A DNA stretch of 10,917 bases, from assembly GCA_036170655.1 (NCBI GenBank), contig JAVHPP010000084.1:1-10917 (forward strand). Direction: 5' to 3'. Source of the DNA: Candidatus Zixiibacteriota bacterium. GTDB taxonomy: Bacteria; Zixibacteria; MSB-5A5; WJJR01. The position numbers and the translations under genes were made by a program. The notes beneath the pieces were generated by a model. It saw nothing but the letters and a program-made list of their open reading frames with translations. It was not told the origin of the DNA and did no database searches. Positions 7,140 to 10,917 of the stretch are shown one piece after another. The number at the start of each line of letters is the position of its first letter. Positions within the stretch are counted from its first letter, which is position 1.

Positions 7140-9517
7140 GATGGACCTGCGCCTTTTCCCCCGGGGGCCTGGGTCTTCGACCCGCCCATGAGGTGTTGTA
7201 TGAGATTCTGGAAGAAGCGCACATTCTCCATGACCAGCAGTTCGTTCTGACCTTCGAGGTTTCGGTTATACAGGAATTGCGAATCAGCAATCACGACCAT
7301 CCCGCCACGTCCGTGACGCGCCACTTTGACAACCGGATAGCCGAGGGCGGTCACGAGCGTCTCGATGTTCGGTCCATCACCGGTCAGTGGATAGGCGTCG
7401 GCCATCTTCACGGAATCGCCAAACGCCGTGCCCATCGCCTCTCCGAGCGGAACATTCTCCATCGCGAGTCCAAAGCGGTTGAGCAGGTCATCCACACGCG
7501 TGTGCAGGTTCCACCCGGCCGACACAATCAGCCACCCGCCATTGGCCGTGTACCGTTCGAATCGGTCAATCGTCTCCGAAGACACCGCCACGGTGGGGGC
7601 GAAAAGCACATAGACAGCGGCCGAGTCAGAGTCGATCTGCGACGGAGAATCAGCGTATCGTGGCGCCAAGCCATTGCGCATGAGGTTGAATTCGAGCCCG
7701 CCAATCGATTGTGGCTCCCATGCCATGCCGTCGAAGAACGGGCTTTGCCCCAAATCGATGAGCGCCTGCCGGTACGAAGTCGATGCCCAAGTCCTGCTTT
7801 CGGGTCCCGGCACCGCCATCCAGAACGCGACACTAACAACCGGCAAGAGTAGAGCAGACCACAGCAGACATGGTCGCCCCTTTGAACGAACGACCAGGAC
7901 CGTCCCGCCGACGCCGACGAGCCATGCCAGCATCCAACTGCGCCACCGATCGAGAATCCGTCCGATCCCCCGGTTGGCCAGCCAGTGCATCGAACGATCG
8001 ACCAGGGCGTGCGTCCGGGTGAGAGATCCGTTCTGATATGGCGATGTGTCGCCATACAGCATCGCCCGTCCCCGTCCCCAGTGTGCGCCGGCGACGAGGA
8101 CAATGTCGCCGAGCGATTCACCCGGATCGTAGGCGAGATTGCCGAGGAACGAACGGTTCTTGTTATTGAGATCACCGGGATCGGAAAATGCGCCGCGCCC
8201 GACCAGAATTGGCTCGCCGTGTGGCCCGGGATCCACCGAGGCGCCGAGCCAGAGTTCGCCGTCCATCACCCCGCCGGAGCGCGCCACGGGATGGAACAAG
8301 TAACTCTTCTCCGAGACCCAGCTCCGTCGCACGGGAACAGCCGTATCGAAATTCACTGACAAGCCGCACGGCGCCAGAAGATCGTTGGTGGGCTCACGGA
8401 TGGCATCAGTCCCCGTGTGATCCGCCAGGATCAGAAGTCCGCCGCCCCGGTCAACAAAATCCCAGACCATCTGCCGTTCGTTGACTGGCAGCTTTTTCAA
8501 TAGGTTGGCGATGATGATGACATCAACAGAATCGAGAATACCCGGTGTCAGATCCGTGTTATAGGTAATGTACCCGGAGGCGGCGAGGTGTGTCGGCAGG
8601 AATCCGAACATCCCCCCGGAACGGTCTCCGTATTGACCGTGACGCGGCACCGTCATATCGAGAGTCTTCTTATCAAGGAACAAAACGCGGATCGGGCGAT
8701 TCGTGTACGAACCGGCTCCGGCAACGATGAACGCTGCCATCAGCGCACCGATCGCCACCCATGTTACCCGTCGATTCCCGGGCACGGCTGACGGGGTGAC
8801 GCCATCCTCCGCCGGCAACGCTTTGCGATACAACGCCACCACGGCGGTGATGAACAGCAGATAGGCGCCCGGCATGTCCAAATGCGGCGTCTGCGAGATG
8901 GGCGCCACTTTGCCCACCAATCCCAGCAGGGCTGGCGCCATCCATATATAGATGATGCGGCCTGCCTCCAAGAGCACGATCCCAAGAACAGCCCAAGTCC
9001 AGCGTCGTTCTGTTGCCGCGACAGTCACACCAAGGATCGCACAAACGCCAAGGAGCAAAAGATCAACCGCCGAAGCCGATGGCCCCAGCGACAACGGTTT
9101 GACCATCACGCCCGTGATCACCTGCGTGTAGCCGAATGACCACTGCGACATCAGGTGGTAGAGAGGGGGGAGCATGAAGAATATGGTCCACCAAAGCCCG
9201 TACAGAATCCCAGTGAGCACGACCGCAGAGTTTTTCCCGCGATTCTCGGGGACTGTGTAGCGGTCAAATGCCCAGACCGCCGCCGTGACCATCGCGATCT
9301 TGAGGGGTGGATCCGCCCACGCGACCAGACCGACCGCCAGCGCCCACGATGACCAGCGCAAGAGCCAGTTGATCTTCTTTCCCCACGAAGGAACAGATGG
9401 ACAGCCAAGCCAGAAAAACCCCAGCAAGATGGCCATCAGAAAAGCATAGACCGGGTCACGGAAGTCGCCCACCGCGCGTGTTGCCACTGCCAGGACAGCA
9501 AGAAACCAAAAAATCAT
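7136..9517 (-). CDS. Large polytopic membrane protein with two DUF4350/GIFT-like domains, 793 aa; distant paralog of 4578-7139
   Basis: Same architecture: hydrophobic N-terminal ~270 aa, domain 1 (LTPGILDSVDVIII...VWDFVDRGGGLLILADHT...GRGRAMLYGDTS), TM hairpin, domain 2 (ALIDLGQ...YTANGGWLIVSAG...GRGGMVVIADSQFLYNRNLE). Confidence 0.8.
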   Translation of the reverse strand: MIFWFLAVLAVATRAVGDFRDPVYAFLMAILLGFFWLGCPSVPSWGKKINWLLRWSSWALAVGLVAWADPPLKIAMVTAAVWAFDRYTVPENRGKNSAVVLTGILYGLWWTIFFMLPPLYHLMSQWSFGYTQVITGVMVKPLSLGPSASAVDLLLLGVCAILGVTVAATERRWTWAVLGIVLLEAGRIIYIWMAPALLGLVGKVAPISQTPHLDMPGAYLLFITAVVALYRKALPAEDGVTPSAVPGNRRVTWVAIGALMAAFIVAGAGSYTNRPIRVLFLDKKTLDMTVPRHGQYGDRSGGMFGFLPTHLAASGYITYNTDLTPGILDSVDVIIIANLLKKLPVNERQMVWDFVDRGGGLLILADHTGTDAIREPTNDLLAPCGLSVNFDTAVPVRRSWVSEKSYLFHPVARSGGVMDGELWLGASVDPGPHGEPILVGRGAFSDPGDLNNKNRSFLGNLAYDPGESLGDIVLVAGAHWGRGRAMLYGDTSPYQNGSLTRTHALVDRSMHWLANRGIGRILDRWRSWMLAWLVGVGGTVLVVRSKGRPCLLWSALLLPVVSVAFWMAVPGPESRTWASTSYRQALIDLGQSPFFDGMAWEPQSIGGLEFNLMRNGLAPRYADSPSQIDSDSAAVYVLFAPTVAVSSETIDRFERYTANGGWLIVSAGWNLHTRVDDLLNRFGLAMENVPLGEAMGTAFGDSVKMADAYPLTGDGPNIETLVTALGYPVVKVARHGRGGMVVIADSQFLYNRNLEGQNELLVMENVRFFQNLIQHLMGGSKTQAPGGKGAGPS

Positions 9518-9704
9518 ACCGGGCTCATATCTCCTGGGACAAAATCTCCATTATGAATGATACACTGTCGCCGCCTGCGGAGAAAGTGAAAACCTGGGTC
9601 AACTTCACGATTCAAGTGAATAAGAGCATCTATTAAAATGGAGTCAACATACTCAATGATGGTGGGGAGCGATCTGGATCAGTCAGAAGGCCATCAATTC
9701 CGAG

Positions 9705-9777
9705 GGAGGGCGAGGCTCCTGCCGAGCCTCTTTTCGGTGGATGACAAAAATGAGGCTCGGCAGGAGTCTCACCCTCC
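9705..9777. repeat. Long inverted repeat (REP doublet/REPIN-like)
   Basis: GGAGGGCGAGGCTCCTGCCGAGCCTC (9705-9730) and GAGGCTCGGCAGGAGTCTCACCCTCC (9752-9777): 24/26 complementary with a 21-nt spacer; the left arm has an internal palindrome GAGGCTC..GAGCCTC. Confidence 0.8.
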
Positions 9778-9907
9778 TATCATGCCCATCGGTCCCATCG
9801 CTGCGCCGTCAAGATGCAATCATCGTCGCTCCGTGCGGTCATAACATGTTGCGCCGCTGCAACCTAAAGAAATTGAGCGCGAAACTGAAAAACATTGTCA
9901 TCTCCAC

Positions 9908-9935
9908 TTGACAAAAAACGACCCCAGTTTATATT
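9908..9935 (+). promoter_or_regulatory. Putative strong sigma70-type promoter for the Thr-Cys repeat gene
   Basis: Consensus TTGACA (9908-9913) - 16 nt - TATATT (9930-9935), with A-rich upstream sequence. Confidence 0.7.
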
Positions 9936-10045
9936 GCGATTTGGTAGGCCGAAGTCTTTTCGGTTTTTTGTGACTTGTACTGAAAACATTCACAGTTCCA
10001 AGGGTCAGTTAAATGTAGTCCAGTTAAGAGTTAAGGAGGCGGCTC

Positions 10046-10917
10046 ATGACGCGACGTAGAAGTGAGGTGGCACCGGTTCGAACTAAGATTGTTCGATGTT
10101 GCCGATGTTGCCTCAGACACGGTTTGTTCCTCGTTGCTTTCACCACCGTACTTGCCCTGTCCTTTTCGCAACTCGCTTTAGCGGTATCTGATCCCCAGCC
10201 ATCACCGCTCTTCAAGCAGAGCTTGAAGACCTCGATCGAGAAGTTTGTCGAGCGAGATGCCCCGCAAGCCACATCTGCCACCAACAAGACAGCAGGCAGC
10301 GGTGGGACGGTTGCGATGGCAGCGTCACCGGCGGATGTCGATTCGATGCCCACGATCGTAGGCTATCCGACTTGCGGGTCGGCGACCTGCTCTGACCAGA
10401 ATACGTGTCCGGGACATCCAACCTGTCAGGGGACAGTAACCTGCTTCCCTGTCCCTACCTGTGCTGGCACTAATACATGCATAGGATTCACAACCTGCGC
10501 GGGCAGTACGTCATGCAACGCCGCCGGTGGCACGGCCACCTGCGCCGGGACAGCGACTTGCGACGCCAGCAACACGTGTCCCGGTTCGATGACTTGCTCG
10601 GGAACACCGACTTGCAAGGCCGCGGCCACTTGTCCGGGCGCGGAGACCTGTGTCGGTACGGCCACATGCGGCGATGGGCCGACCTGTCCGAACAATCCGA
10701 CCTCGCCGGGTTCGCCGACGTGCGAGGGAACCACAACCTGCGGTCATGCCGGGTTCCCGACCTGCGACAATGCGCCGACATGCTCGCAGTCGTCTACCTG
10801 CGTAGGGTCGATGACTTGCACCCAGGTAACCTGTGTGGCCGCGGCGACGTGCAGCGGGAGCGCAACCTGCAGCTGGTCCAGCACCTGCCATGGTTCTCCA
10901 ACGTGCGTCGATCAGAC
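10046..10917 (+). CDS. Exported Thr-Cys hexapeptide-repeat protein (partial, runs off window; not in ORF track)
   Basis: TAAGGAGG (10032-10039) 6 nt before ATG 10046; frame open for 290 codons to window end: MTRRRSEVAPVRTKIVRCCRCCLRHGLFLVAFTTVLALSFSQLALA-VSDPQ...MPTIVGYPTCGSATCSDQNTCPGHPTCQGTVTCFPVPTCAGTNTCIGFTTC...HGSPTCVDQ; basic n-region, hydrophobic h-region, ALA cleavage motif at residues 44-46. Confidence 0.9.
   Translation, partial: MTRRRSEVAPVRTKIVRCCRCCLRHGLFLVAFTTVLALSFSQLALAVSDPQPSPLFKQSLKTSIEKFVERDAPQATSATNKTAGSGGTVAMAASPADVDSMPTIVGYPTCGSATCSDQNTCPGHPTCQGTVTCFPVPTCAGTNTCIGFTTCAGSTSCNAAGGTATCAGTATCDASNTCPGSMTCSGTPTCKAAATCPGAETCVGTATCGDGPTCPNNPTSPGSPTCEGTTTCGHAGFPTCDNAPTCSQSSTCVGSMTCTQVTCVAAATCSGSATCSWSSTCHGSPTCVDQ

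Noticed and set aside
6045..7852. 401-aa and 219-aa plus-strand ORFs
   Set aside because: Antisense to the large operon genes; no SD or domain features.
10046..10075. Tat signal (TRRR)
   Set aside because: Lacks the x-F-L-K part of S/T-R-R-x-F-L-K and lies far from the h-region; not supported without a predictor.
10426..10734. Minus-strand ORF with QV/HV hexapeptide periodicity
   Set aside because: It is the reverse-complement reading of the Thr-Cys codons (ACC TGC -> GCA GGT); the plus-strand frame has the promoter, SD and signal peptide.

Overview
GC-rich bacterial window. Left: rpsA (ribosomal protein S1, 246-2312, with long N- and C-terminal extensions), a good sigma70-type promoter, a structured leader and an intrinsic terminator. 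A ~730-bp hairpin/REP-rich spacer follows, containing a probable remnant of an ICMT/PEMT-type methyltransferase gene, then a minus-strand Yip1-family gene. Centre: a tightly packed four-gene minus-strand operon (9517->3815) of two large paralogous polytopic membrane proteins (exosortase-like membrane region apparently lacking the catalytic Cys, plus two DUF4350/GIFT-like GATase-fold domains each) and two small paralogous CcmH-like Cys/His proteins, with no other ccm genes in the window. Right: divergently transcribed and absent from the ORF track because it runs off the window, a signal-peptide-bearing protein (10046->end) built from ~30 hexapeptide xxxxTC repeats (Cys every sixth residue, preceded by Thr). 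The best candidate for an undescribed system is this Thr-Cys repeat exported protein together with the divergent operon as a possible dedicated maturation/display apparatus; that link is inference from adjacency and chemistry only. All family assignments are by-eye motif recognition, not database searches.
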